From an uncultured Flavobacteriaceae bacterium (GTDB lineage: Bacteria; Bacteroidota; Bacteroidia; Flavobacteriales; Flavobacteriaceae): a DNA stretch of 64,000 nucleotides. Both the position numbers and the translations under genes were made by a program. Of the stretch, positions 18,964 through 29,304 are shown piece after piece. Numbering within the stretch: position 1 is the stretch's first letter; the number at the start of each line of letters is the position of its first letter. Location of the stretch: the NCBI GenBank assembly GCA_964524415.1, contig CAZGDG010000001.1:26032-90031 (forward strand), written 5' to 3'. The notes below the pieces were generated by a model that saw nothing but the letters and a program-made list of their open reading frames with translations, did not search any database and was not told the DNA's origin.

Positions 18964-19024
18964 ATAAAATAGAAATCCTTGAGTAGACCAATACCAACAG
19001 AATTAAAACTAACACAAATATTTT

Positions 19025-20371
19025 ATGAGATACTTTATTAAGACCTTAAATTTAGCTGCTCTGTTGCTGTCTTTCGGTAGCTCTTATGCGCAGGCCATTC
19101 CATCACAAATTGACAGTATTGTAAATTCCAACATTAAGATAGACGGACCTGGAGTGGTTGTACTTGTAAAACAAAGGGGAGAAACCCTCTATAAAAAGGC
19201 ATTTGGTAAGGCCAACATAGAACTTAATGTAGACATGAACACCAATAATGTATTCAACATAGCTAGCGTTAGTAAAGAGTTTACCGCCATGAGTATACTT
19301 CAACTTGCTGAAAAGAACCAATTATCCCTTGAGGACAATCTCAATACCTACATTCCAGGTTATACAGAAAATGGAGATGAGATTAAAATTAAACACCTGT
19401 TATCACATACTTCCGGACTAAGAACTCAAACCGACACCATATGGGCAAATACAGATGCCAGAAAGTATATGGCATCTTTAGAAGAGGTCATTAACTACTT
19501 CAAAAAAGATACTATTCTTTTTAGCCCTGGAGAGCAACATGACTACAGTAATATCAACTTTACGCTTCTTGGTCGAATTATAGAAAAAGTATCTGGAAAA
19601 TCTTTCCCAGACTATATAGAGGAGTATATTTTAAAACCGCTTGAGATGACAAACTCTTATGTGCCAGCAGAAGGCCAAGTCATTCCAAATCTCGCTACAG
19701 GTTATGAATTTAAGGATGATAAAATCGTTTATGCCAGATACCATTCCTTGAACCAAACTTGGGGCACCAGTGGCATACATACCACTGTTGGCGATTTGGC
19801 CAAATGGTTTGAAGGGTTAATGAATTCAAAAGTAGTTTCAAGGGAAACATTAATAAAAGCGTGGACTCCATTTACCCTTAATAGTGGTGAAAAATCTATT
19901 TATGGATTTGGGTTTTATCCGGATATGAAATTAAACCGAACCTCAATAGTTCATAACGGTTTCATTTTTGGATATTCTACATCAGATATGTACTTCCCTG
20001 AGGACGATTTACTGATTTTGGTAGCTTCAAATATCAGTGAAATCAAAGTGATAAACACCAATACCATAGCTTACGATATCGCAGCTAGCATTTACAAAGA
20101 TGAAGTGCTCGTATTAAATGAAGACGTACTGGACACTTATGTTGGCACCTATAACATGGTTGAAGGGTTTAAAACCAAAGTTTTTCGCAAAGATTCAACA
20201 CTATTTGTAGAGGTTGCTGGCAATACGGCCAATGAATTAATTGCAAGCACAGAGACAAAGTTTAAAGTAAAAGATTTTCCTGCGGAGGTAGAGTTTGAAG
20301 TTTTAAAAGAAAATGGAATCAAAATTTTTCTATCCAGAGGACCCTCTAAATTCCAAGGAATTAAAGAATAA
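19025..20371 (+). CDS. serine hydrolase (beta-lactamase class C/AmpH-like, S12 family) with C-terminal DUF3471-like domain
   Basis: Signal peptide, IASVSK (SxxK), LLSHTSG, YSNINF (YxN), HNG; C-terminal LDTYVGTY domain. Confidence 0.85.
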   Translation: MRYFIKTLNLAALLLSFGSSYAQAIPSQIDSIVNSNIKIDGPGVVVLVKQRGETLYKKAFGKANIELNVDMNTNNVFNIASVSKEFTAMSILQLAEKNQLSLEDNLNTYIPGYTENGDEIKIKHLLSHTSGLRTQTDTIWANTDARKYMASLEEVINYFKKDTILFSPGEQHDYSNINFTLLGRIIEKVSGKSFPDYIEEYILKPLEMTNSYVPAEGQVIPNLATGYEFKDDKIVYARYHSLNQTWGTSGIHTTVGDLAKWFEGLMNSKVVSRETLIKAWTPFTLNSGEKSIYGFGFYPDMKLNRTSIVHNGFIFGYSTSDMYFPEDDLLILVASNISEIKVINTNTIAYDIAASIYKDEVLVLNEDVLDTYVGTYNMVEGFKTKVFRKDSTLFVEVAGNTANELIASTETKFKVKDFPAEVEFEVLKENGIKIFLSRGPSKFQGIKE

Positions 20372-20446
20372 AACTATTTACAGAAACACATAACCGAGAT
20401 TACAACGATTTTACCAGACCGCTTTAAATAAATAAAATTAGATAAT

Positions 20447-21448
20447 ATGAAATCATTTGCAACCACCATTTTATGCCTCTTTCTATTTACATCCTATGCA
20501 CAAGACTCAGGTACTACTGAGACAGGAACCAACTCAGCTTCTGAAGGCTACGAAGCCAAAATGATCAAAACCTCAAGAATGAACATGGAATACATGGACT
20601 TTGGAGGCAAAGGAAAAACGCTTATACATATTCAAGGAGTGCATAATGCGTCTGCCTTAAAAAATAATCCTATGTACTTTCAAAATTATGTCGCATGGAA
20701 GGATTTGCTCACCAAGGCATCAGAGCATTACCGTGTTTTTGCTCCTATATACAGAGGCTATGGAAATTCCGATAAGGATGGTATTGGCATCTATAAAATT
20801 GAAAACATTGCCAAAGATATTTTGGCCTTTATGGATGAAATGAAAATTGATAGCGCTACGCTTATCGGTAGAACTACGGCGCCTCAGGTGATGTTTTACA
20901 TGGCCGAAAATTATCCTAATAGAGTTGATGCTATGGTCGTTAGCGATAACAGTATTTATAAAACCATTCCTATTGGTAATGATGAGATTAAGGACTTCAT
21001 GTACTATTGTAGTTATGCTGCAATGGATTTAGGCGATCGTGCACCTGATATTGTAATGCCCAGTTACGCTTACGAACCGGCTTTTTACACTGATGAAAAG
21101 AAGAAAATCGATATACCACTCTATTGGCCTTACTCCGAAGAGATGAACGTCGTGCAGATGAATTTAAGTTTACTAAATTATTTACAAGCTGATAATTCCT
21201 TTATCCCTAATGAAAAAGCTCGAACGTATTTTAATGACCTATATGCTAATAAAGAGCTTCAAGATAGAATAAAGCGGTATTATACTGAATATGACCCTAC
21301 ACAAAAAAACATGGATGCATTAAAAAAGGCATTTGGTAGTAATTTAACCCTTAAAAATTTGGATGAAATTGAAGGCGCTAATTATATGGAAAAATTTAAA
21401 AAAGGTGATGAGATTATGCTGGAATATTTAATTTCGATTAGTGATTAA
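20447..21448 (+). CDS. secreted alpha/beta-hydrolase-fold protein (non-canonical nucleophile elbow)
   Basis: EYMDFGGKG, YRVFAPIYRGYGNSD, AKDILAFMDEMKID, LIGRTTAP, YPNRV. Confidence 0.75.
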   Translation: MKSFATTILCLFLFTSYAQDSGTTETGTNSASEGYEAKMIKTSRMNMEYMDFGGKGKTLIHIQGVHNASALKNNPMYFQNYVAWKDLLTKASEHYRVFAPIYRGYGNSDKDGIGIYKIENIAKDILAFMDEMKIDSATLIGRTTAPQVMFYMAENYPNRVDAMVVSDNSIYKTIPIGNDEIKDFMYYCSYAAMDLGDRAPDIVMPSYAYEPAFYTDEKKKIDIPLYWPYSEEMNVVQMNLSLLNYLQADNSFIPNEKARTYFNDLYANKELQDRIKRYYTEYDPTQKNMDALKKAFGSNLTLKNLDEIEGANYMEKFKKGDEIMLEYLISISD

Positions 21449-21538
21449 CTATAATTAAGGTCGTTCAATTTAATATGTAGGTCTAAAAGAATTTGTGGAT
21501 TCCTAACCACTATAAAGTAAGTAATTAAAACTAAAATC

Positions 21539-21554
21539 TACGCAATTCTGCGTA
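21539..21554. promoter_or_regulatory. perfect palindrome TACGCA-N4-TGCGTA, candidate transcription-factor site
   Basis: Perfect inverted repeat 79-94 bp upstream of the ATG at 21633. Confidence 0.45.
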
Positions 21555-21632
21555 TTGCGGTGTAGTAGGAAAATCTAGATTTTTGTTTTTACAAGTATTC
21601 TAAAGATTTTGTATTAACTAAAACCAACACCT

Positions 21633-22634
21633 ATGACTACGCTCATCAAAACCCTAAGACTTTTCGTAACCTTATCCCTCTTCTGTTTAATTGCTGCGGA
21701 CCTCAGTGCCCAAAAATCAATCCAAGAGATAGCTGAATTGAAAGATAAAAAATGGGACAAACTTGTAAAATCACATAAATCAGGCATAAATAGTGTTTAT
21801 GCAGCTGAAGGATTGATAGATATAGGGGTATTGGATGAAGCGCGTTTACCAGATCCAAAAAATGCAGGTGTTCTTACCTTTCAACTTTGGGATGAATCTG
21901 TTACAAAGTATAGTAAGTATGGAAATTGGGCTTATAAAAACTATTTAACTCCAACGGGAAGCAATATTATTTCCAATAAACTTATAGAAACTATGTTGCC
22001 AGAGATAAAAAAACTGTTTAATGATTCTGGTATAAGTTTACTGGAACCAAAAGAATTTGCAACCTCAGAGGAAAAACAAAAAATATATAATGAGGGACCA
22101 GAAAAGATTGAATTAAGTGGCATTTTAAAAGTGTTTTCTGGTGGACTATTAGACAGACTTCAAGGAAAAAGAAAAGGCCAAGGCACATTAAGCGCTGACG
22201 GTTATGCCTTTTATCCAATAACAGCAAGTTTATTAGCTTCAGATTTTAAAGCACCTGCCAAAATTGGCCTAGTAACAGAAGAATTAGATTTGGATGCGTC
22301 ATTAATTATTAGTGTAAAAGTTAGTATTGAAAAAGGAGGCAAAGCACTTATGTTTCGCGGAATGGAACTTGCACTGATAGGGCCGATCGATGATGATGAA
22401 TCTATAGAATATAGTGGCAGAATAGGAGCGAAAACAATGAATACATATAGAGAAGGTCTTCTTTACAGTGCAGCATATTTTGAATTCGATGATATACAAA
22501 TAGCAAAAATGAACAAGAAAAATGGTGCAATTGAAGAATGGTATCTGGATGGTTTTCCTAAAATGTCAAGAAGGCTTACCTCAGATCTATTATACGGATT
22601 AGAAAAATTTAAAAATCTAGATAAAAAGAAATAA
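21633..22634 (+). CDS. hypothetical secreted protein
   Basis: 333-aa ORF with a Sec signal peptide (LSA/Q); no family recognised. Confidence 0.75.
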   Translation: MTTLIKTLRLFVTLSLFCLIAADLSAQKSIQEIAELKDKKWDKLVKSHKSGINSVYAAEGLIDIGVLDEARLPDPKNAGVLTFQLWDESVTKYSKYGNWAYKNYLTPTGSNIISNKLIETMLPEIKKLFNDSGISLLEPKEFATSEEKQKIYNEGPEKIELSGILKVFSGGLLDRLQGKRKGQGTLSADGYAFYPITASLLASDFKAPAKIGLVTEELDLDASLIISVKVSIEKGGKALMFRGMELALIGPIDDDESIEYSGRIGAKTMNTYREGLLYSAAYFEFDDIQIAKMNKKNGAIEEWYLDGFPKMSRRLTSDLLYGLEKFKNLDKKK

Positions 22635-22643
22635 CGTACTAAA

Positions 22644-22813
22644 ACACAACATTGCATCAAAGCCATAGTGGATGAACTGATACATGAGACTTTTGTTCAT
22701 TAAATCAGCTTGGTTTGGCAGGCCTTGTTTTATGTTGAAATCCGCTACTGCTCTCATACTTTGGCTATAACTAAAATTAAACCTGGTAATTAGTATTGCA
22801 TTGTGTGTTGTGC
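22644..22813 (+). mobile_element. degenerate attC-like cassette-end element
   Basis: Starts 9 bp after the stop codon with ACACAAC and ends GTTGTGC (near-complementary AAC/GTT cores). Inner inverted repeat TAGTGGAT (22666-22673) / ATCCGCTA (22740-22747). Confidence 0.4.
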
Positions 22814-22915
22814 CATAAAACTTTATAAAAAATTATCTGATTAATCGATAAGCACACATAAAATTTCTCTAAGTATTCCAGCTATTTTTTCATATAAACA
22901 CAACATAGAATTACC

Positions 22916-22923
22916 TACATTTG
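22916..22923 (+). promoter_or_regulatory. -7 promoter box of ychF
   Basis: TACATTTG 22 nt upstream of the ATG; matches the TAnnTTTG consensus. Confidence 0.65.
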
Positions 22924-22945
22924 CAGTCGCAAAAAATAATCATCT

Positions 22946-24040
22946 ATGAAAGCTGGTATTGTAGGGTTGCCCAATGTAGGAAAGTCCACCTTGTTTAACT
23001 GTTTGTCTAACGCCAAAGCGCAAAGTGCCAACTTTCCGTTTTGTACCATAGAACCCAATATTGGTGTGGTTAATGTTCCAGACCCAAGATTGGCCAAATT
23101 AGAGGAATTGGTAAAACCGGAAAAGGTGGTTCCAGCTACCGTAGAAATTGTAGACATAGCGGGTTTGGTCAAAGGCGCCAGTAAAGGTGAGGGACTAGGT
23201 AACCAGTTTTTAGCCAATATCCGTGAAACAGATGCTATTTTACATGTTTTACGCTGCTTTGAAAATGATAATGTGGTGCACGTTGACGGTTCTGTCGATC
23301 CCATACGCGATAAGGAAACCATAGACATGGAGCTTCAACTGAAGGACCTCGAGACTGTTGAAAAGAAACTGGATAAGGTAAAGCGTGCTGCCAAAACCGG
23401 TAATAAGGAAGCCCAAGCCGAGGAAGCGGTACTCAACAAGATAAAATCTGGACTTGAGGCAGGCAGTTCTGTTCGTGCTTTAGAATTTTCGGAGGAGAAT
23501 TATGAGGACTATGTAAAACCCTTGCAGTTGATTACCGAAAAACCTGTAATGTATGTCTGTAATGTGGATGAGGGTTCGGCTACGACTGGTAATGCCTATG
23601 TAGAGCAAGTACGTGAAGCCGTTAAGGATGAGCAGGCGGAAGTCTTGGTGCTGGCCGTTGGTACAGAGGCCGATATCAATGAACTTGAGGATTATGAAGA
23701 GCGCCAAATGTTTTTAGAGGATATTGGATTGGACGAACCTGGTTCAGCCAAGTTGATTAGAGCGGCATACAAACTCCTAAAACAACAAACCTATTTCACT
23801 GCTGGACCAAAGGAAGTGAGGGCATGGACCGTTACCGTTGGCGCAACAGCACCTCAAGCGGCAGGCGTTATTCATACCGACTTTGAAAAAGGCTTTATCC
23901 GAGCAGAAGTGATTGCTTTTGATGATTACGTAAGCTATGGCAGTGAAGCCAAGGTAAAGGAAGCTGGTAAAATGCGTGTTGAGGGTAAAAATTATATCGT
24001 TAAGGATGGCGATGTGATGCATTTCCTTTTCAATGTCTAA
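22946..24040 (+). CDS. ychF: redox-regulated ribosome-binding ATPase YchF
   Basis: [79 protein letters not shown]. Confidence 0.98.
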   Translation: MKAGIVGLPNVGKSTLFNCLSNAKAQSANFPFCTIEPNIGVVNVPDPRLAKLEELVKPEKVVPATVEIVDIAGLVKGASKGEGLGNQFLANIRETDAILHVLRCFENDNVVHVDGSVDPIRDKETIDMELQLKDLETVEKKLDKVKRAAKTGNKEAQAEEAVLNKIKSGLEAGSSVRALEFSEENYEDYVKPLQLITEKPVMYVCNVDEGSATTGNAYVEQVREAVKDEQAEVLVLAVGTEADINELEDYEERQMFLEDIGLDEPGSAKLIRAAYKLLKQQTYFTAGPKEVRAWTVTVGATAPQAAGVIHTDFEKGFIRAEVIAFDDYVSYGSEAKVKEAGKMRVEGKNYIVKDGDVMHFLFNV

Positions 24041-24273
24041 GAGCTGGATTTAAGCTTGGTGGCTTTCTTCGGTCCAAGACGTCTAAAATAGCTAGAAATA
24101 GCACCTGAATATTTACCGAGAGTTATTTGGTAGAATATTCTGACAAAATAGGCTATCTTGTCAACAATACTGCGGTTTTATTGTTAATTACTTTAGTGAT
24201 TCTATATTTCATTTTTTGAGGTATAGGCTTATCTTAGCGTTTCATCCTTACAAACTTTATTGTCTCAAATTTT

Positions 24274-26130
24274 ATGGCACAGTCTAATTACACTGAAGAA
24301 AATATTCGCTCGCTCGATTGGAAAGAACATATCCGAATGCGTCCTGGGATGTATATCGGAAAATTGGGTGATGGTTCTTCTCCAGATGATGGCATTTATA
24401 TTCTTCTTAAAGAAGTGTTGGACAACTCCATTGACGAATTTGTTATGGGTGCTGGTAAGACCATAGAAGTGTCCATTCAAGGCGATCGAGTAACGGTTAG
24501 GGATTACGGTCGTGGTATTCCATTAGGGAAAGTTGTGGATGTGGTCTCTAAAATGAACACTGGTGGTAAGTACGATACCAAAGCCTTTAAAAAATCGGTA
24601 GGACTTAATGGTGTGGGTACCAAGGCGGTGAATGCCTTATCCACGTATTTTAGGGTAGAATCTACAAGGGATAGTAAATCGGCATCGGCAGAATTTGAGT
24701 TGGGAGAACTCACCAATCAAGAAATGCTGGAAGAAACATCGCGACGTAAAGGGACCAAAGTCACCTTCGTTCCGGATTCCAATATTTTCAAAAACTATAA
24801 ATACAGAAGTGAATACATAGTTCGCATGCTAAAGAACTATGTCTACCTTAACCCAGGACTGACTATCGTTTTTAATGGCGAAAAGTTCTTTTCTGAAAAC
24901 GGCTTAAAGGACTTGTTGTCTGAAAATATTTCAGATTCAGATTTATTATATCCAATTATTCACTTACGCGGAGACGATATTGAGGTAGCTTTAACCCATA
25001 GCAAAACCCAGTACAGTGAGGAATATCATTCCTTCGTTAACGGACAAAATACCACTCAGGGTGGAACCCACCTATCAGCCTTTAGGGAAGCTATTGTAAA
25101 GACCATTCGAGAGTTTTTTGGCAAAAATTATGATGCCTCAGACATACGAAAGTCAGTAGTATCAGCCATAGCTATTAAGGTGATGGAACCTGTGTTTGAG
25201 AGCCAGACCAAAACCAAACTGGGATCAACAGACATGGGAGGCGACCTGCCAACGGTGCGCACCTATATCAATGATTTTGTAAAGCGTAATCTGGATAACT
25301 ATTTGCATAAAAATCCAGATACTGCAGAAAAGATTCAACGTAAAATTCTTCAAGCAGAGCGCGAGCGTAAGGAATTATCTGGTATTAGGAAGTTGGCTAA
25401 GGAGCGTGCAAAAAAAGCCAGTCTTCACAATAAAAAATTACGCGATTGCCGCATTCATTTTGGTGATACTAAAAGCGATAGAAGCTTAGAAACTACCTTG
25501 TTCATTACTGAGGGTGATTCGGCATCCGGAAGCATAACAAAATCACGCGATGTTAATACGCAAGCAGTATTCAGCCTAAAAGGAAAGCCGTTAAATTCTT
25601 ACGGTCTTTCTAAAAAGATAGTCTACGAGAATGAGGAGTTTAATCTTTTGCAGGCTGCTCTAAATATTGAAGAATCTATTGAGGACTTGCGTTACAACAA
25701 CATTGTAATCGCCACAGATGCGGATGTTGATGGTATGCATATTCGCTTATTGTTGATTACATTCTTTCTGCAATTTTTCCCTGAAGTCATAAAGGAAGGG
25801 CATTTGTACATTTTACAAACACCACTGTTTAGAGTCCGAAATAAGAAGGAAACGATTTATTGTTATTCCGAAGAAGAGCGAAGGGCAGCCATAGAAAAAC
25901 TAAAGCCAAAACCAGAAATCACTAGATTTAAGGGATTGGGTGAGATTTCACCGGATGAATTCAAACACTTTATTGGTGATGATATGCGCTTAGATCCAGT
26001 AATGCTAGACAAAGACATGTCCATTGAGGAGCTATTGTCTTTCTATATGGGGAAAAACACACCATCGCGACAAGAATTTATCATTGAAAATTTGAAGGTT
26101 GAACTAGATTTGGTTGAAGACAACGTATGA
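24274..26130 (+). CDS. parE: DNA topoisomerase IV subunit B (Bacteroidota type)
   Basis: [60 protein letters not shown]. Confidence 0.93.
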   Translation: MAQSNYTEENIRSLDWKEHIRMRPGMYIGKLGDGSSPDDGIYILLKEVLDNSIDEFVMGAGKTIEVSIQGDRVTVRDYGRGIPLGKVVDVVSKMNTGGKYDTKAFKKSVGLNGVGTKAVNALSTYFRVESTRDSKSASAEFELGELTNQEMLEETSRRKGTKVTFVPDSNIFKNYKYRSEYIVRMLKNYVYLNPGLTIVFNGEKFFSENGLKDLLSENISDSDLLYPIIHLRGDDIEVALTHSKTQYSEEYHSFVNGQNTTQGGTHLSAFREAIVKTIREFFGKNYDASDIRKSVVSAIAIKVMEPVFESQTKTKLGSTDMGGDLPTVRTYINDFVKRNLDNYLHKNPDTAEKIQRKILQAERERKELSGIRKLAKERAKKASLHNKKLRDCRIHFGDTKSDRSLETTLFITEGDSASGSITKSRDVNTQAVFSLKGKPLNSYGLSKKIVYENEEFNLLQAALNIEESIEDLRYNNIVIATDADVDGMHIRLLLITFFLQFFPEVIKEGHLYILQTPLFRVRNKKETIYCYSEEERRAAIEKLKPKPEITRFKGLGEISPDEFKHFIGDDMRLDPVMLDKDMSIEELLSFYMGKNTPSRQEFIIENLKVELDLVEDNV

Positions 26131-26603
26131 GAACCGACAATAGGCAGGTAAAAAATACGGTAATATCGATATATTTCATCCTTATTGTTTTTGCCATAAT
26201 GCTATTTACGGTATTTAGGTCTATAGATTTGTTTTCAGAACATACAATTTACATTTTTCTGGTTGCCTTTATACTTATGGTGTTATTTCATATGGTAGCT
26301 AGTTATTTTGAATATGACAGTGATGGCGAAAAGATTTCGGTTATAAATAAAGGGTTGATCCTAACAGAATATATCAACTACCGAGAAAAGCAGATTGAGT
26401 TTTTAAGACCGCAATTACTAGGCTTCAAGATTCGTGATTTTGTAGTGTATAAAAGCTTAATTTTAATATTAAGATCTAGTGACGGTAATATACGGCAAGA
26501 ACAGTTTAATATTACATTGCTAAAGCGACGGAAACGACGTTATGTAAGACAATCACTAGGAAAGATTATTAAACAAAATAAAAAGAAAAAACAAGGGATA
26601 TAG
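26127..26603 (+). CDS. hypothetical membrane protein between parE and parC
   Basis: Two N-terminal TM segments and a basic C-terminus; ATGA overlap with the parE stop and 3-nt gap to parC. Confidence 0.75.
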   Translation: MRTDNRQVKNTVISIYFILIVFAIMLFTVFRSIDLFSEHTIYIFLVAFILMVLFHMVASYFEYDSDGEKISVINKGLILTEYINYREKQIEFLRPQLLGFKIRDFVVYKSLILILRSSDGNIRQEQFNITLLKRRKRRYVRQSLGKIIKQNKKKKQGI

Positions 26604-26606
26604 AGG

Positions 26607-29246
26607 ATGTCAGAAGAACATGAAGATTTAATAAATGAGGAGACCATTACTAAGGTCACCGGCATGTATAAAGATTGGTTTTTAGATTATGCATCGTATG
26701 TAATTTTAGAGCGTGCGGTTCCAGCGATAGAAGATGGGTTTAAGCCTGTGCAGCGTCGTATTATGCATTCCATGAAGGATTTGGATGATGGTCGCTATAA
26801 CAAAGTTGCCAATATCGTTGGGCATACCATGCAGTATCATCCTCATGGTGATGCTAGTATTGCTGATGCCATGGTTCAGATAGGTCAGAAAGATTTGCTT
26901 ATTGATACCCAAGGGAACTGGGGAAATATATTGACAGGCGATAGTGCGGCCGCATCACGTTATATTGAGGCACGTCTTTCTAAATTCGCCTTAGATGTAG
27001 TGTATAACCCAAAAATTACCGAATGGCAAGCTTCTTATGACGGTAGACGCAAAGAGCCCGTTAACCTGCCAGTAATGTTTCCTTTGCTTTTGGCTCAAGG
27101 AGGCGAGGGTATTGCCGTAGGTCTGTCAACAAAGATATTACCGCATAATTTCATAGAGCTTATCGATGCCTCCATAAAACACCTTAAAGGCAAACGCTTT
27201 ACCCTTGTACCAGATTTTCCAACAGGAGGAATTGCGGATATCACTAATTACAATGATGGTATGCGTGGCGGAAAAGTACGTGTGAGAGCTCGAATCTCAC
27301 AGTACGATAAAAATACCTTAGTCATTACTGAAATTCCTTTTGGCACTACAACATCCTCCTTAATCGATTCTATTCTAAAGGCCAACGACAAAGGAAAGAT
27401 CAAGGTAAAACGCATTGAGGATAATACGGCAGCAGAAGTTGAGATTTTGGTTCACTTACCTTCAGGGATTTCTCCCGATAAGACTATTGATGCCTTATAT
27501 GCGTTTACAAATTGCGAAGTTTCCATATCGCCATTGGGCTGTGTCATTGAAGATAATAAACCATTGTTTATTGGAGTTGCTGAAATGTTGCGTCGTTCCA
27601 CAGATAATACAGTGCAACTTCTTAAACAAGAACTGGAGATAAAGCTAGGGGAGTTTGAGGAGCAATGGCATTTTGCTTCGTTGGAGCGCATTTTTATAGA
27701 AAACCGTATTTATCGCGATATTGAGGAGGAAGAAACTTGGGATGGCGTTATTAGCGCTATTGACAAAGGACTTCAGCCACATATTAAGCATTTGAAACGA
27801 GAGGTTACGGAAGACGATATTGTAAGATTAACCGAAATTCGGATTAAGCGTATTTCCAAATTCGATATTGATAAGGCCCAGCAAAAAATTGAAGCTCTAG
27901 AAGACCAAATTGCTGAAGTTAAAAACCACCTTGATAATCTTATAGAGTATGCGATTGCTTATTTTGAGCGTTTAAAGAAAGACTATGGTGAAGGTAAGGA
28001 ACGTAAAACCGAGATACGAGTCTTTGATGATGTAGATGCTACTAAAGTAGTAATCAGAAATACCAAATTATATGTCAATAGAGAAGAAGGTTTCGTTGGA
28101 ACTTCATTGCGCAGAGACGAATATGTCTGTGATTGCAGTGATATAGATGATATCATCGTGTTTACCAACGAAGGTAAAATGATGGTGACCAAGGTAGACT
28201 CCAAGACTTTTGTTGGCAAAAACATTATTCATGTTGCTGTCTTTAAGAAAAAAGACAAACGCACCATCTATAATATGATATATCGCGATGGCAAGAAAGG
28301 GCCATCCTATATAAAGCGTTTTGCTGTTACCAGCATAACTCGCGACAGGGAATACGATTTAACCAATGGAAATAAAGGCTCTGTGGTTTGGTATTTTTCG
28401 GCCAACCCTAATGGAGAAGCAGAAGTGGTAACCGTTTTATTGCGTCAATCCGGTAGCATTAAAAAGTTAAAGTGGGATTTAGATTTTGCCGATATTAGAA
28501 TTAAAGGGCGTGGCTCTAAAGGTAATTTGGTAACTAAGTATGCCATAAAACGTGTGGAGCTCAAAGAGAAAGGTGTTTCTACCTTGAAACCACGTAAAAT
28601 TTGGTTTGATGATACCGTTCAGCGCCTAAATGTTGATGGTAGAGGGGAGCTTGTTGGTGAATTTAGAGGCGAAGACCGTTTATTGATCATTACACAATCT
28701 GGTATTGCTAAGACTATTATTCCAGAACTCACAACGCATTTTGAAAGCGATATGATTGTTTTAGAAAAGTGGATTCCTAAAAAGCCAATTTCGGCGATAT
28801 ATTATGATGGAGAAAAGGAACGCTATTATGTAAAGCGATTTTTAATTGAGAATGAAGGTAAGGAAGAAAGCTTTATTTCAGACCATCCTAACTCGCAGTT
28901 AGAGATAGTGTCTACGGATTGGAGACCAATGGCAGAAGTGGAATTTACCAAAGAGCGCGGCAAGGACCGTAAACCTAACATGGAAGTTAATCTTGAAGAA
29001 TTTATTGCAATAAAAGGAATTAATGCCCTTGGTAATCAATTAACTAGAGAAAAAATAAATCAAATAAGTCTTTTAGACCCGCTACCATATGAGGCTCCTG
29101 AGGAAGTACATGCAGATGAATTGGAAGTTGTAGATGAGGAGACGGTTTCGTCATCGGAGAAACCAGAATCTAAAGATTCAAATGGTTCTATAAATCCAGA
29201 TAAAGATCCGGAAGTGGATGGATCGGGTCAAGCAACGTTATTTTAA
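26607..29246 (+). CDS. parC: DNA topoisomerase IV subunit A (Bacteroidota type)
   Basis: DYASYVILERAVP, DGFKPVQRR, YHPHGD, AASRYIEARL (catalytic Tyr); acidic C-terminal tail ending GQATLF. Confidence 0.93.
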   Translation: MSEEHEDLINEETITKVTGMYKDWFLDYASYVILERAVPAIEDGFKPVQRRIMHSMKDLDDGRYNKVANIVGHTMQYHPHGDASIADAMVQIGQKDLLIDTQGNWGNILTGDSAAASRYIEARLSKFALDVVYNPKITEWQASYDGRRKEPVNLPVMFPLLLAQGGEGIAVGLSTKILPHNFIELIDASIKHLKGKRFTLVPDFPTGGIADITNYNDGMRGGKVRVRARISQYDKNTLVITEIPFGTTTSSLIDSILKANDKGKIKVKRIEDNTAAEVEILVHLPSGISPDKTIDALYAFTNCEVSISPLGCVIEDNKPLFIGVAEMLRRSTDNTVQLLKQELEIKLGEFEEQWHFASLERIFIENRIYRDIEEEETWDGVISAIDKGLQPHIKHLKREVTEDDIVRLTEIRIKRISKFDIDKAQQKIEALEDQIAEVKNHLDNLIEYAIAYFERLKKDYGEGKERKTEIRVFDDVDATKVVIRNTKLYVNREEGFVGTSLRRDEYVCDCSDIDDIIVFTNEGKMMVTKVDSKTFVGKNIIHVAVFKKKDKRTIYNMIYRDGKKGPSYIKRFAVTSITRDREYDLTNGNKGSVVWYFSANPNGEAEVVTVLLRQSGSIKKLKWDLDFADIRIKGRGSKGNLVTKYAIKRVELKEKGVSTLKPRKIWFDDTVQRLNVDGRGELVGEFRGEDRLLIITQSGIAKTIIPELTTHFESDMIVLEKWIPKKPISAIYYDGEKERYYVKRFLIENEGKEESFISDHPNSQLEIVSTDWRPMAEVEFTKERGKDRKPNMEVNLEEFIAIKGINALGNQLTREKINQISLLDPLPYEAPEEVHADELEVVDEETVSSSEKPESKDSNGSINPDKDPEVDGSGQATLF

Positions 29247-29304
29247 AGCCTAGTTAACGTTTTAAAATAATCAATTAGTCATTTTTCTTCAAAGCCCACG
29301 ACCA

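Noticed and set aside
19025..20371. Antibiotic-resistance beta-lactamase
   Set aside because: SxxK/YxN/HNG plus a C-terminal extra domain fits the broad S12 serine-hydrolase family; there is no evidence for AmpC activity.
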